Shown: positions 9,500 through 18,182 of the stretch, in pieces
How positions within the stretch are numbered: the first letter of the stretch is position 1
Layout: every line of letters begins with the position of its first letter
NCBI GenBank assembly: GCA_038243585.1
Contig: JBBSQY010000020.1
Span: forward strand, 1 to 52,762
Source of the DNA: Candidatus Sumerlaeales bacterium
GTDB taxonomy: Bacteria; Sumerlaeota; Sumerlaeia; Sumerlaeales; Sumerlaeaceae
Length of the DNA: 52,762 nt
Reading direction: 5' to 3'
Program-made: the position numbers and the translations under genes
Notes under the pieces: model-generated
Seen by the model: the letters and a program-made list of their open reading frames with translations, nothing else
What the model was told of the DNA's origin: nothing
The model's database searches: none

Positions 9500-10285
9500 C
9501 TAATGATAAAGTACCCAATCAGCTACGCCTGACGGCAGATCAGACACGCTTGAGATCATCTGCACCGGGTCATGATCACTTTCGACGTTAAGGCCCGTCA
9601 TTTCGTTTATGGAAACGAACTCTGCGATCGATGCCTTATAATAGAAACCATCAATACCGACCCCCTTGGATGCAAGGCTGTTGGCGGACCGGATTCCATG
9701 CGGGTCATTGTTCACCGTAAAATTCCAGTCGCCACCTATCACTACCGGGTAAGGAGTTACATCCATAAATGTTTTCAGGTTATCAGCCATAATTGGCTGA
9801 AGGTAGGCTATCCTCTGAGGGGGCATATGAAGGGACATCACGCGAAGGATACGGCCGTTAGTCAGCTTCACATCTGCCCATGCAATATATCGGTCCAGCA
9901 TATCCTCCCCGTTTCGGCCGACACCAAATCGAAGACCTGTGGCAAGCAACTCCGTCATAATGGAATTCCTTATGGCAAGGGCGGAGCCGCGTTTCGCATC
10001 CCCTTGGTTGACCACCTGATAAACGGTCCAATCAGAGTCCATGAAATTGTCAATGGTAACATTTTTGGCTTCCTGGAACATGATAATGTCGGAACGAGGT
10101 TCAATCTTCGCGATGTCCGCCTCGACCTTCGCACTGCTGTTGGAGAAATCCACGTTGAAAGTAACAAACCTTACATTTAGGGGTGCCGCAAACAGGTCAC
10201 CGGTCAGTAGAAAGCAGAGAATTGCTGACGTAAGAATTCCTTTGCCTGTGGCTCCTAAAAGTGCGATCATAGACTCGGCTTTCAT
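9500..10285 (-). CDS. exported endonuclease/exonuclease/phosphatase (EEP) family protein with short C-terminal W/Y tail
   Basis: Signal-like N-terminus, TFNV, FQEA, GGDWN, IDGF, SDHDPV; AAGGAGG ribosome-binding site upstream. Confidence 0.85.
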   Translation of the reverse strand: MKAESMIALLGATGKGILTSAILCFLLTGDLFAAPLNVRFVTFNVDFSNSSAKVEADIAKIEPRSDIIMFQEAKNVTIDNFMDSDWTVYQVVNQGDAKRGSALAIRNSIMTELLATGLRFGVGRNGEDMLDRYIAWADVKLTNGRILRVMSLHMPPQRIAYLQPIMADNLKTFMDVTPYPVVIGGDWNFTVNNDPHGIRSANSLASKGVGIDGFYYKASIAEFVSINEMTGLNVESDHDPVQMISSVSDLPSGVADWVLYH

Positions 10286-10373
10286 TGTGGCCCTCCTTGA
10301 GCAAAATACATTACAGCATTAACACCTGCGATTGGAAATAACCGAAATCTTCGTTTTAATTTAAGCGTCGATT

Positions 10374-11258
10374 CTACTTCTGCGTCAACGTTGCCGTGAC
10401 AGGCAGATGATCTGAAGGCCAGCGATTATCAATTTTATCCTCAGGGATTTTGGCGGCGTTGACTTCCCAGCTGTCATCTATGAAAATATAATCGATCTTA
10501 TTGGAATGACGCTTTTCCTGGAAAGCGTTTGTGGTGCCGACGTTGGTTTCGTCGGGGTGCAGGACACGGAAAGAATCACGGTAGCCGGCTGTGCGAATCG
10601 TACTGATGGCAGGATTTTGCTCGGCGGCGTTAAAGTCGCCAGTGATAATAACCGCTTCTTTTGGCTGCATGTGCCGGATACGATCAATTATGAGAGCGAC
10701 ACTTTTAGTGCGGCTGGGCTGAGAAATGTGATCCAGGTGGGTGTTAAAAAAATAGAAATATTTCCTGGTCTTTAGGTCATAAAAGTGTGCCCACGTGCAG
10801 ACGCGGTAGGGGATGTTGCCCCAGTGGGTGGTGCCTGGAGTATCGGGAGTGTCGGACAACCAGAAGGTGTCAGACCGAAGAAGCTGGAGGCGTGCGGTGC
10901 GGTATAAGATGGCGGAGAGTTCACCGTCAGTGCGTCCATCTTTTCGTCCGGAGCCAACGACGACGTAACCCGGCATGGATGTCTGCAAATCGGCGACCTG
11001 AAAGTTGTCGGCTTCCTGCAGACCGATGACGTCAGGGTTGTATTTTTTAATGATCTGGAGAGTGCGGGGATGACGGACGGCCCATGCGTCAAGACCGTCA
11101 CGGGCCTTTCCGGTCCGGATGTTATAAGTCATGACTTCGAGAGGAGTCGAGGTTTGCGCGGAGGCAGTGGTGACCTCAGCGGCCTGACCGACGGCTGCTG
11201 AATCGAAAGGGCTGACAGCCAGGGTGAGTAGGCTGAGGAGCAGGTGGAAAATGTTCAT
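10374..11258 (-). CDS. exported EEP family protein
   Basis: Signal peptide, MTYNIR, GLQEA, TFWLS, NTHLDH, TGDFNA, IDYIF, SDHLPV. Confidence 0.92.
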   Translation of the reverse strand: MNIFHLLLSLLTLAVSPFDSAAVGQAAEVTTASAQTSTPLEVMTYNIRTGKARDGLDAWAVRHPRTLQIIKKYNPDVIGLQEADNFQVADLQTSMPGYVVVGSGRKDGRTDGELSAILYRTARLQLLRSDTFWLSDTPDTPGTTHWGNIPYRVCTWAHFYDLKTRKYFYFFNTHLDHISQPSRTKSVALIIDRIRHMQPKEAVIITGDFNAAEQNPAISTIRTAGYRDSFRVLHPDETNVGTTNAFQEKRHSNKIDYIFIDDSWEVNAAKIPEDKIDNRWPSDHLPVTATLTQK

Positions 11259-11335
11259 GGCGGAGAAAGTTCCTTAAAAAAATTGAGGTTAGTGTTTCGG
11301 TTTTAAAGCGGGCAGATGCGAGTCGTTTTGCCCCT

Positions 11336-12445
11336 CTATGGGATTACCTGTTCAGGGCCCTTGATAGTCTTTAGGGCGTTAGCCAGCAGCGCGGGATAGG
11401 TGGATTGAAATCGGTTGTCGCCAATGGTATTCAGGTGACCGGGGTCGCCGAAATGGTCCAGGGGATAAACGGGGTGGAGCGGTTCGATGACGTGAAGGTT
11501 ACCGAATTTCTGATCCCAGTGAGCGAGAAGAGCGCGATGCGCGTCGTGAATTCCGAGGCGGTTGAAGCGCTCATGATAGGGCGGTGGCGCTGGAGAACCC
11601 AACACATAGAGGGCTATGCCGGCGGCGGAGGCGCGAGAAACAAATCGCTCAAACGATTCGGCCTGGGCGTGGTTTTTGTAAATCGCGTACGGTCGTTCCA
11701 CCGTTTCAAGCGCGAGAACTTCGGCTTCGGTTATCTGGCGATTGCGATGCATCAGAAACGCGCCCGTGTCGCGGAAACTGGTCGTCATGCGCTGATAATC
11801 TTTGGTTGCTTTCGGCCAGCCGCGGCCACGCGCCAGATCGCGGAGGGCGTCCCAGGCGGCGCTCCGATATGCGGTGGAGGGAGGCTGAAGCGCCCACACG
11901 AGGCGCTGCCACAGCAGGCCGGGCCGGCGCTGGCGGGCGGCGAGGGTGATGAGATCACGAACCGGGAGCGCGATGAAAGCGCGGGATCGGTGCGCGTCCA
12001 CACCCGCGAGAGAGTTCTCGCTGGCGGGAACGCCGATAATTTCCGGACGGCCATTGATGATGATGGCGCGGGGAGCGGGCCGGTGCCGTAGATAGTTTGC
12101 CAGCATGGTCTCAAAAGCTTCCATTCCGAAAAACGGCCACGAGTAATTCGTGATGCGATGCTCGCCACCTAGTGCATCAGATATGGCGTCGGGGCGGAGC
12201 GAGAATAGCTTGCTGTCGCCAAAGATTGCGATGTCGTCGGCGGGGGCAGATGAGTCTTCCATCAGTGCGCGCTTGGCGAGCAGGTTGGCCTCGATACCAT
12301 CCACCAAACGATGGCGGTTGGTGTGAAAAAAGATTTCAAGCGAAAGAACCAGGACGACCCCAAAAATGGCGGCGACCGGTAGACGAGGCGCGGCGAAGCC
12401 CCGGACAATTGTGCCCGGGATGGAGTTCCGAGGTATTGTCTTCAG
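11336..12445 (-). CDS. hypothetical membrane-anchored SGNH-like protein
   Basis: IAIFGDS and C-terminal FGDPGHLN (GDS…DxxH pattern). The frame is open upstream of the listed TTG (12307) through a hydrophobic helix to a CTG at 12445 preceded by AGGAG. Confidence 0.65.
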   Translation of the reverse strand: MKTIPRNSIPGTIVRGFAAPRLPVAAIFGVVLVLSLEIFFHTNRHRLVDGIEANLLAKRALMEDSSAPADDIAIFGDSKLFSLRPDAISDALGGEHRITNYSWPFFGMEAFETMLANYLRHRPAPRAIIINGRPEIIGVPASENSLAGVDAHRSRAFIALPVRDLITLAARQRRPGLLWQRLVWALQPPSTAYRSAAWDALRDLARGRGWPKATKDYQRMTTSFRDTGAFLMHRNRQITEAEVLALETVERPYAIYKNHAQAESFERFVSRASAAGIALYVLGSPAPPPYHERFNRLGIHDAHRALLAHWDQKFGNLHVIEPLHPVYPLDHFGDPGHLNTIGDNRFQSTYPALLANALKTIKGPEQVIP

Positions 12446-12449
12446 CCTG

Positions 12450-13514
12450 TCACTCCTGACCCTTCAGGTGTTTATCGAAAAACTTAATCACGACGGGACG
12501 AAGATCGTTGGGGAGCCGGCGATCTCCAAGAGTAAACGCGTGACCGATGCCGGGAACAATCATGAGCTCGTGTTCAACGCCGGCCTTCTTCAGACTGGCG
12601 GCGAGCTCGCTCGACTGATCGCGGTCCACGGTGGTGTCGGCAACTCCGTGAATGATAAGAGTGGGCGGGCTGGCAGCGCTGACGTGGGTGATTGGAGAAG
12701 CGAGTTTCCACTTCTCTGGTGCGTGTTCACGGGATTCCGGAAACAGCGCGTGGCTGGTACGAAGGTCGCCGTTGGGCTTGCCGGTCTTGTCGGCACCTTG
12801 GCGGGTAAGGAGATTGGAAATTCCGTAGAGATCCAGACAGGCGGATACCTTATCTGATACGCCGGGATAAAGAGAGCCGGCCTGAAATTCGGGATGGTCG
12901 CCGGTATAAGCCACCATAAGGGCGAGGTGACCGCCGGCCGAACCGCCCATTACGCCGATCCGGTCAGGGTCAATTTGAAGTTCTTCGGCATGAGCGCGCA
13001 CCCATCGAACGGCGTTCTTGCAGTCTTGGATATTGGTGGGCCAGGCGTTGCCGCGATCTTTATAGTATTCAACGCTTACCGCGACATAACCGGCACGGAC
13101 AAATGCGACACCAGCCTGAAGCTCGCGAGCAGCGTCTTTTTTGCCGCCAACCCAGCCGCCGCCGTGAATCATGACAATGACGGGCAACGGCTTGGCGGAG
13201 TTACGAGACGTAGGTAAATAGACATCAAGTTTCTCGTCTCGTCCGGGAGGGAGATAGGAAATATTCGGACGAAATTTGACGCCGTCAATGCGCCCGGAGA
13301 CCAGCGCGGAAGAGGTGATCTTTTCCTCTGTACCCGTGGTTTCACCGGCCGGTGGCTTTGCGTTAATTGCAGCTTTTGGGGCTTTTTTTACTGATTTAGT
13401 TGTCGTGGCCATCGGAACCGACGGGGTGGCTAAGAATACTAGCGCAAAAGCAGCAGTGATAGACTGAACTAAAATGGATTTTGAAGGCATTGATTTACGA
13501 GACCTGACTTTCAA
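12450..13514 (-). CDS. exported alpha/beta hydrolase (esterase/lipase, BD-FAE-like)
   Basis: IHGGGW, GGSAGGHLA, IHGVAD…V, GHAF; signal peptide. The true start may be the ATG a few codons downstream. Confidence 0.9.
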   Translation of the reverse strand: MKVRSRKSMPSKSILVQSITAAFALVFLATPSVPMATTTKSVKKAPKAAINAKPPAGETTGTEEKITSSALVSGRIDGVKFRPNISYLPPGRDEKLDVYLPTSRNSAKPLPVIVMIHGGGWVGGKKDAARELQAGVAFVRAGYVAVSVEYYKDRGNAWPTNIQDCKNAVRWVRAHAEELQIDPDRIGVMGGSAGGHLALMVAYTGDHPEFQAGSLYPGVSDKVSACLDLYGISNLLTRQGADKTGKPNGDLRTSHALFPESREHAPEKWKLASPITHVSAASPPTLIIHGVADTTVDRDQSSELAASLKKAGVEHELMIVPGIGHAFTLGDRRLPNDLRPVVIKFFDKHLKGQE

Positions 13515-13602
13515 TCGTTATGATTAGCGCAATTTCACTGGACAAAACTCTGATACGCGCGTTCAGCAAATAGTAAACTTGCGAACCGAACACACATGAC
13601 GC

Positions 13603-14520
13603 TTACCGCGCAAAACCCTGCTTTTTCAGCCAGGCTTCGCAGGCGGAAGTCCAAGGGTGGCGACGACTTGGGTCCCACTCCTTACCAGAACCGAGACCCA
13701 TCCCGTGACGGCCGCTGGGATAGACGTGCAGTTCGAAAGGCACATCGGCTTCAGCCAGCGCAGTGGAAAACATGAGACTGTTTTCGACCTTTACGACAGA
13801 GTCATCGGCCGTATGGAACAGAAAAACAGGAGGGGTCGCGGAAGTGACCTGGCTTTCGTTGGATAGGAGTTGGATGAGATCTACAGGCGGAGCGTCTCCG
13901 AGCAGATTCCGGATTGAGCCAGTGTGGGCGGCTTTTCCGGTTGCGGTAATAACCGGGTAACAAAGGACGCCAAGATCGGGGTTGCTAGTTTGGCGCTCGA
14001 TGGTGTCGGTGGATTGGGGATCGCCGGAGTCAAAGTGAGTTAGCAATGTGGACGCGAGATGCCCGCCCGCAGAAGAGCCAATAATCCCCACGCGAGCAGG
14101 ATCAATCTTCCATTCATTTGCGTTTGCCCGAACGATTCGCATCGCCTGCGCCGCATCATTAAGCATAGCCGGATGGCGGTAGCCAGACGACCCGAGGCGG
14201 TACTTCAGCACAAAAGCGCTTATCCCCATTTCATTGAACCAGCGGGCGTAATCCGCACCTTCATGGGGAGCAAGAGCACCGTAACCGCCGCCCGGACAAA
14301 TCACCATCGCAGCACCAGTACCAATATCCTCTGGGGCAAGCCACGCGGTAAGAGTGGGGATATCCACATCCCGAGATCCCATAGCTCCAGGTGCCCCTTC
14401 CTGCCATAGAACCATCGCCGGAGCAGGAGGCGAAGCCGTAGCGGAAGTTGCTTCCACCGCCAGGGCAACGGCACCGCCGGCAAAAATAGTAAGCGCTAAA
14501 ATACTCAGCCGCATCATCAT
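13603..14520 (-). CDS. exported alpha/beta hydrolase (acetylxylan esterase-like)
   Basis: CPGGGY, GSSAGGHLA, HTADDSVV, GRHGMG; signal peptide. Confidence 0.9.
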   Translation of the reverse strand: MMMRLSILALTIFAGGAVALAVEATSATASPPAPAMVLWQEGAPGAMGSRDVDIPTLTAWLAPEDIGTGAAMVICPGGGYGALAPHEGADYARWFNEMGISAFVLKYRLGSSGYRHPAMLNDAAQAMRIVRANANEWKIDPARVGIIGSSAGGHLASTLLTHFDSGDPQSTDTIERQTSNPDLGVLCYPVITATGKAAHTGSIRNLLGDAPPVDLIQLLSNESQVTSATPPVFLFHTADDSVVKVENSLMFSTALAEADVPFELHVYPSGRHGMGLGSGKEWDPSRRHPWTSACEAWLKKQGFAR

Positions 14521-14569
14521 TGATCGTCCAGCTTTCTATTTGCTTTCGAAAAAAGATTACGTTGGCGAA

Positions 14570-15517
14570 TCATCGACTCCGGTTTTCTTTGTACCACTTC
14601 ACCGTGTCACGCAGGCCCGTCTCAAATACGATATTGGGACTCCAGCCGAGCTCTTCCTTTGCCAGAGAAAAATCCATGGCATAGCGACGGTCGTGGCCTT
14701 TACGATCCTCAACATGGCGTATCAGGCGATCTGGCTTGCCGGTGAATTCGAGTATCAGGCGCACCACTTCCAGGTTCGGCTTTTCGCTGTCGCCCCCCAG
14801 GTTGTAGACAGCTCCGCTGCGACCCTTGATTGCGGCGGTCCAGACTCCCCGGCTATGGTCTTCCACGTGGATCCAGTCGCGCACATAAAGACCATCGCCA
14901 TACACAGGGATATCGACGTTATCCAAGGCGTTCAGGATGGTCAGCGGGATCAGCTTTTCCGGGTATTGATGAGGGCCGTAATTGTTTGAGCAGCGAGTGA
15001 TGACAGTGTTCATTTTGTGCGTATGATACGCGGCCATAACAAGGTGATCAGCAGCGGCCTTGCTGGCGCTGTAAGGACTGCGGGGCGACAGCGGTGTCGT
15101 TTCAGTGAAAGCACCGTAAGGGCCGAGGGAACCGTAAACTTCATCGGTGCCAACCTGCACGAAACGCGCAACGCCAGCGCGGCGGGCAGCGTCCAGCAGG
15201 ACCTGGGTGCCGACCACGTTGGTCCGAAGAAACTCCGACGCGTCCTCGATGCTTCGATCGACATGGCTTTCTGCCGCCAGATTAATCAACAGGTCGAAAC
15301 TGCCATCCACCAGGTCGTTTACCAAAGCTGGATCGGCAATGTCTCCTTTTACGAACGTATAGCGAGGGTCGTCCTGAACCTCACGCAAATTTTCCGGGTT
15401 GCCAGCGTAAGTAAGCAGGTCAAGGTTCACAATTTCAAGATCAGCATTTTCGCGCAGGCCCTGCCGGATTAATTCCGATCCAATAAACCCGCACCCTCCT
15501 GTAACCAGGCATTTCAT
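14570..15517 (-). CDS. rfbB: dTDP-glucose 4,6-dehydratase
   Basis: VTGGCGFIGS, LTYAGN, AAESHVDRSI, TDEVYG, YSASKA, GHDRRYA; start set at MKCLV (15517). Confidence 0.96.
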   Translation of the reverse strand: MKCLVTGGCGFIGSELIRQGLRENADLEIVNLDLLTYAGNPENLREVQDDPRYTFVKGDIADPALVNDLVDGSFDLLINLAAESHVDRSIEDASEFLRTNVVGTQVLLDAARRAGVARFVQVGTDEVYGSLGPYGAFTETTPLSPRSPYSASKAAADHLVMAAYHTHKMNTVITRCSNNYGPHQYPEKLIPLTILNALDNVDIPVYGDGLYVRDWIHVEDHSRGVWTAAIKGRSGAVYNLGGDSEKPNLEVVRLILEFTGKPDRLIRHVEDRKGHDRRYAMDFSLAKEELGWSPNIVFETGLRDTVKWYKENRSR

Positions 15518-15666
15518 TCTTACTGTTCCTTTCCAGCAATGGCGGACCACTGGCTAATAGCAGTTTTGAAATTTCGGAAACCAAATCATCTGATAGTAAC
15601 CATAACGGTGCCGAGCAATTGTTAAATCTAGCAAAATGCGATCATACCGGGGAAGACGAAATAACT

Positions 15667-16185
15667 ATGGAATCGTGGTCCGACACCTTTTATCTCAAAA
15701 ACAACCCGATGATCCTGCAGTTCATCGCAGACAGCCACGGTCTGAAAACCTGCCAATATGCGCCGACTTGGCCAGATGATGCGGCACCCCCTACGACAGA
15801 CATTGCCAATGATCACCTGCGCGAAGGCACCGCCGCAGTTCGCCACTATCTGGAAGGAACCCAGCGAGACCTGGACGCATATCTGGCTCCCGACGGAACT
15901 CCCTTCCAGCGCGCCGTATGGGACGCCACCCGGGGCATACCCTACGGCGAGGTGCGCAGCTACGCCTGGGTAGCCAGGCAGATTGGTAACCCAAAAGGCG
16001 TTCGAGCTGTGGCGCAGGCGCTGGGCGCAAACCCGCTGTTACTGTTCGTCCCGTGCCACCGCGTAGTTCGGAGCAACGGCGACCTGGGTGGCTTCGGATG
16101 CGGCCTGGATATCAAGCTGCGCCTGTTGTCGTTAGAGGGCATTCCAGATGCAGCCGCGCTTAAGCTGGCCGGAGCCCTGCTTTAG
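15667..16185 (+). CDS. ogt: methylated-DNA--protein-cysteine S-methyltransferase
   Basis: GTPFQRAVW, IPYGEVRSY, RAVAQA, active-site PCHRVV; start uncertain. Confidence 0.9.
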   Translation: MESWSDTFYLKNNPMILQFIADSHGLKTCQYAPTWPDDAAPPTTDIANDHLREGTAAVRHYLEGTQRDLDAYLAPDGTPFQRAVWDATRGIPYGEVRSYAWVARQIGNPKGVRAVAQALGANPLLLFVPCHRVVRSNGDLGGFGCGLDIKLRLLSLEGIPDAAALKLAGALL

Positions 16186-16188
16186 TCG

Positions 16189-17169
16189 CTACTCCAAGAC
16201 CTCACCGCCGCTTGCGATATTTTCCTTGGTATAGACTTTGGACTTCAGCGTGACAGTCTTCGGGATTTCCTCCCCGTTCAAAACTTTCAGCGCCGAATCA
16301 ATGGCTTCCTGACCGCCCGTTGGGTACTCGAATGTTGCATCCAGAACCCCCTGCTTCACATAAGCCTGTCCTTCCTGTGGAAGGCCATCGATACCCACGA
16401 ACTTCATCTGCCCTTCGCGTCCGGCAGCCTTCGCCGCCATCCACGCGCCATGGGCGCCAGGGTCATTATGGGCAAACACCAGGTCAATTTCAGGAAAACG
16501 CGCCAGGGCCGATTCCATTTCCTTGCGCGCGTCCGGCTCCAGCCAGTTCATGTCCGCCTCAAAAATAACCTCAATTTCAGAGCCGGCGATTCCTTCGCGG
16601 AACCCTGCATGGCGATCCTGTCCCGGCGTGCTAGTCATCAGGCCTTTAAGTTCGACAACTTTACCTTTCCCACCAAGAATCTTTTTTACGTGCTCGCCCG
16701 CCGCCTTACCGATCTTCTTATTATCCGCACCAATAAACTGGGTAAACTTATCACCTGTCACCGCTCGATCCAGCACAATCACGGGAATGCCCTGATCGAA
16801 AGCGGCCGCCACGGGCTGCGTCAATGGCGCTGCTTCCTTTGGCGAAATGATCAGCAGATCAACCCCCGACCGCGCAAATTCTTCCACATGCGCCCGTTGC
16901 TTCAAAGTATCATTCTGAGCGTCCTTAAACTCCACCGTCAATTCCGGATGCGCCTCAGCAGCTTTTTTGACATCTGCATTCATCTGCACGCGCCACGGTT
17001 CGCCCAGGTTGCACTGGCTCATCCCGATTACGAAGCTCGTTTTGCCGCTGGCCGACGCTGTGCCGGTCGTGGTTTCCCCGCCAGACGATGTCCCACCCGG
17101 CCGTTGATCACAGCCGCTCAGTAAAAGACCGACAGCCATGGTAGCGGTTAAAGCAAAAACGTGTTTCAT
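16189..17169 (-). CDS. monosaccharide ABC transporter substrate-binding lipoprotein (RbsB-like)
   Basis: LSGC lipobox, SQCNLGEPWR, IGADN, AHND, GIDG; AGGAG before ATG 17169. Confidence 0.92.
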   Translation of the reverse strand: MKHVFALTATMAVGLLLSGCDQRPGGTSSGGETTTGTASASGKTSFVIGMSQCNLGEPWRVQMNADVKKAAEAHPELTVEFKDAQNDTLKQRAHVEEFARSGVDLLIISPKEAAPLTQPVAAAFDQGIPVIVLDRAVTGDKFTQFIGADNKKIGKAAGEHVKKILGGKGKVVELKGLMTSTPGQDRHAGFREGIAGSEIEVIFEADMNWLEPDARKEMESALARFPEIDLVFAHNDPGAHGAWMAAKAAGREGQMKFVGIDGLPQEGQAYVKQGVLDATFEYPTGGQEAIDSALKVLNGEEIPKTVTLKSKVYTKENIASGGEVLE

Positions 17170-17201
17170 AAGAGCAACTCCTGGAATGTGGTGGTGTGTC
17201 T

Positions 17202-18182
17202 TCATGCGTTGTTTTGTGATCTCTGAAACAAGACCGCGCCTACAATGATTGCGCCTGTCAACATGAGCCGGTTGGCTTCGCCGACGGCGTTTATGCTGAG
17301 AATTTTTTCCAGGTAGCTGATGGTAAGCGCGCCAACGATGGTAAGCCCGACCCCGCCGCGCCCGCCCATCAGGCTGGTGCCGCCGATGACCACCATGGCG
17401 ATAGCCGTAAGCTCATAAGACACGCCTGCCTCCGGGTCGCCCTGCATTTCCTGAGCCGCCTGACACAGCCCCGCCAGACCCGCCAGCAGCCCGCTATAAC
17501 TATACGCGAGCAGCTTAACCGCCCGAACAGGCACAGCACTCAGACGCGCCGCCTCTTCATTGCCGCCTATGGCATAAAGATACCGCCCCCACCGCAGCCG
17601 CGACAAAAGCACCCATGTAACCAGCGCCGAAATCGCAAAGAGAATGGTAACCACCGCAATGTTATTGTTAAAAAGTCCACTATTTAAAAAGTTCATGATC
17701 GCCGGAGGCTCTTCATATGAGAACGAACCATCCGTCTGCTGCACATAGGTCGAAACCTTTTCCCCGCCACTGACCCACTTCGCCATCCCCCTGGCAAACA
17801 CCATCATGGCAAGTGTAGCAATAAACGGCTGCACACCAAAGCGCGCCGTAAATGTACCAGACAGAAAACCCGCGGCCATTGCTCCGGCCAGGGCTCCGGC
17901 GACCGCTGCGGCGGGTGGCCAGTCATAATGGATCGAAAGCTTAGTGAAAAGCACAGCGGATAGCGCCAGCACACTTCCCACCGCCAAATCAATGCCCCCG
18001 GTAATAATGACGACAGTCATGCCACAGGCAAGAATGCCATAAGTCGACATCTGGCGCAGCGTATCGCGATGAGTGCCCCATTTGAAAAACGTTTCGTCGG
18101 CGTTAAAGATAGAACCAATAATCATCACCAGCAAAAGTGCAAACAACGCTCGCGCAGCAGGATGGGCAAAAAACTTCTTCAT
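17202..18182 (-). CDS. monosaccharide ABC transporter permease (RbsC-like)
   Basis: GGIDLAVGS, PFIATL, AIGGNEEAARLS, YELTAIAMVVIGGTSL. Confidence 0.93.
   Translation of the reverse strand: MKKFFAHPAARALFALLLVMIIGSIFNADETFFKWGTHRDTLRQMSTYGILACGMTVVIITGGIDLAVGSVLALSAVLFTKLSIHYDWPPAAAVAGALAGAMAAGFLSGTFTARFGVQPFIATLAMMVFARGMAKWVSGGEKVSTYVQQTDGSFSYEEPPAIMNFLNSGLFNNNIAVVTILFAISALVTWVLLSRLRWGRYLYAIGGNEEAARLSAVPVRAVKLLAYSYSGLLAGLAGLCQAAQEMQGDPEAGVSYELTAIAMVVIGGTSLMGGRGGVGLTIVGALTISYLEKILSINAVGEANRLMLTGAIIVGAVLFQRSQNNA

Noticed and set aside
9256..9591. ORF with repeated GRDGSPSRP peptide
   Set aside because: It is the translation of the REP array and overlaps two real genes.
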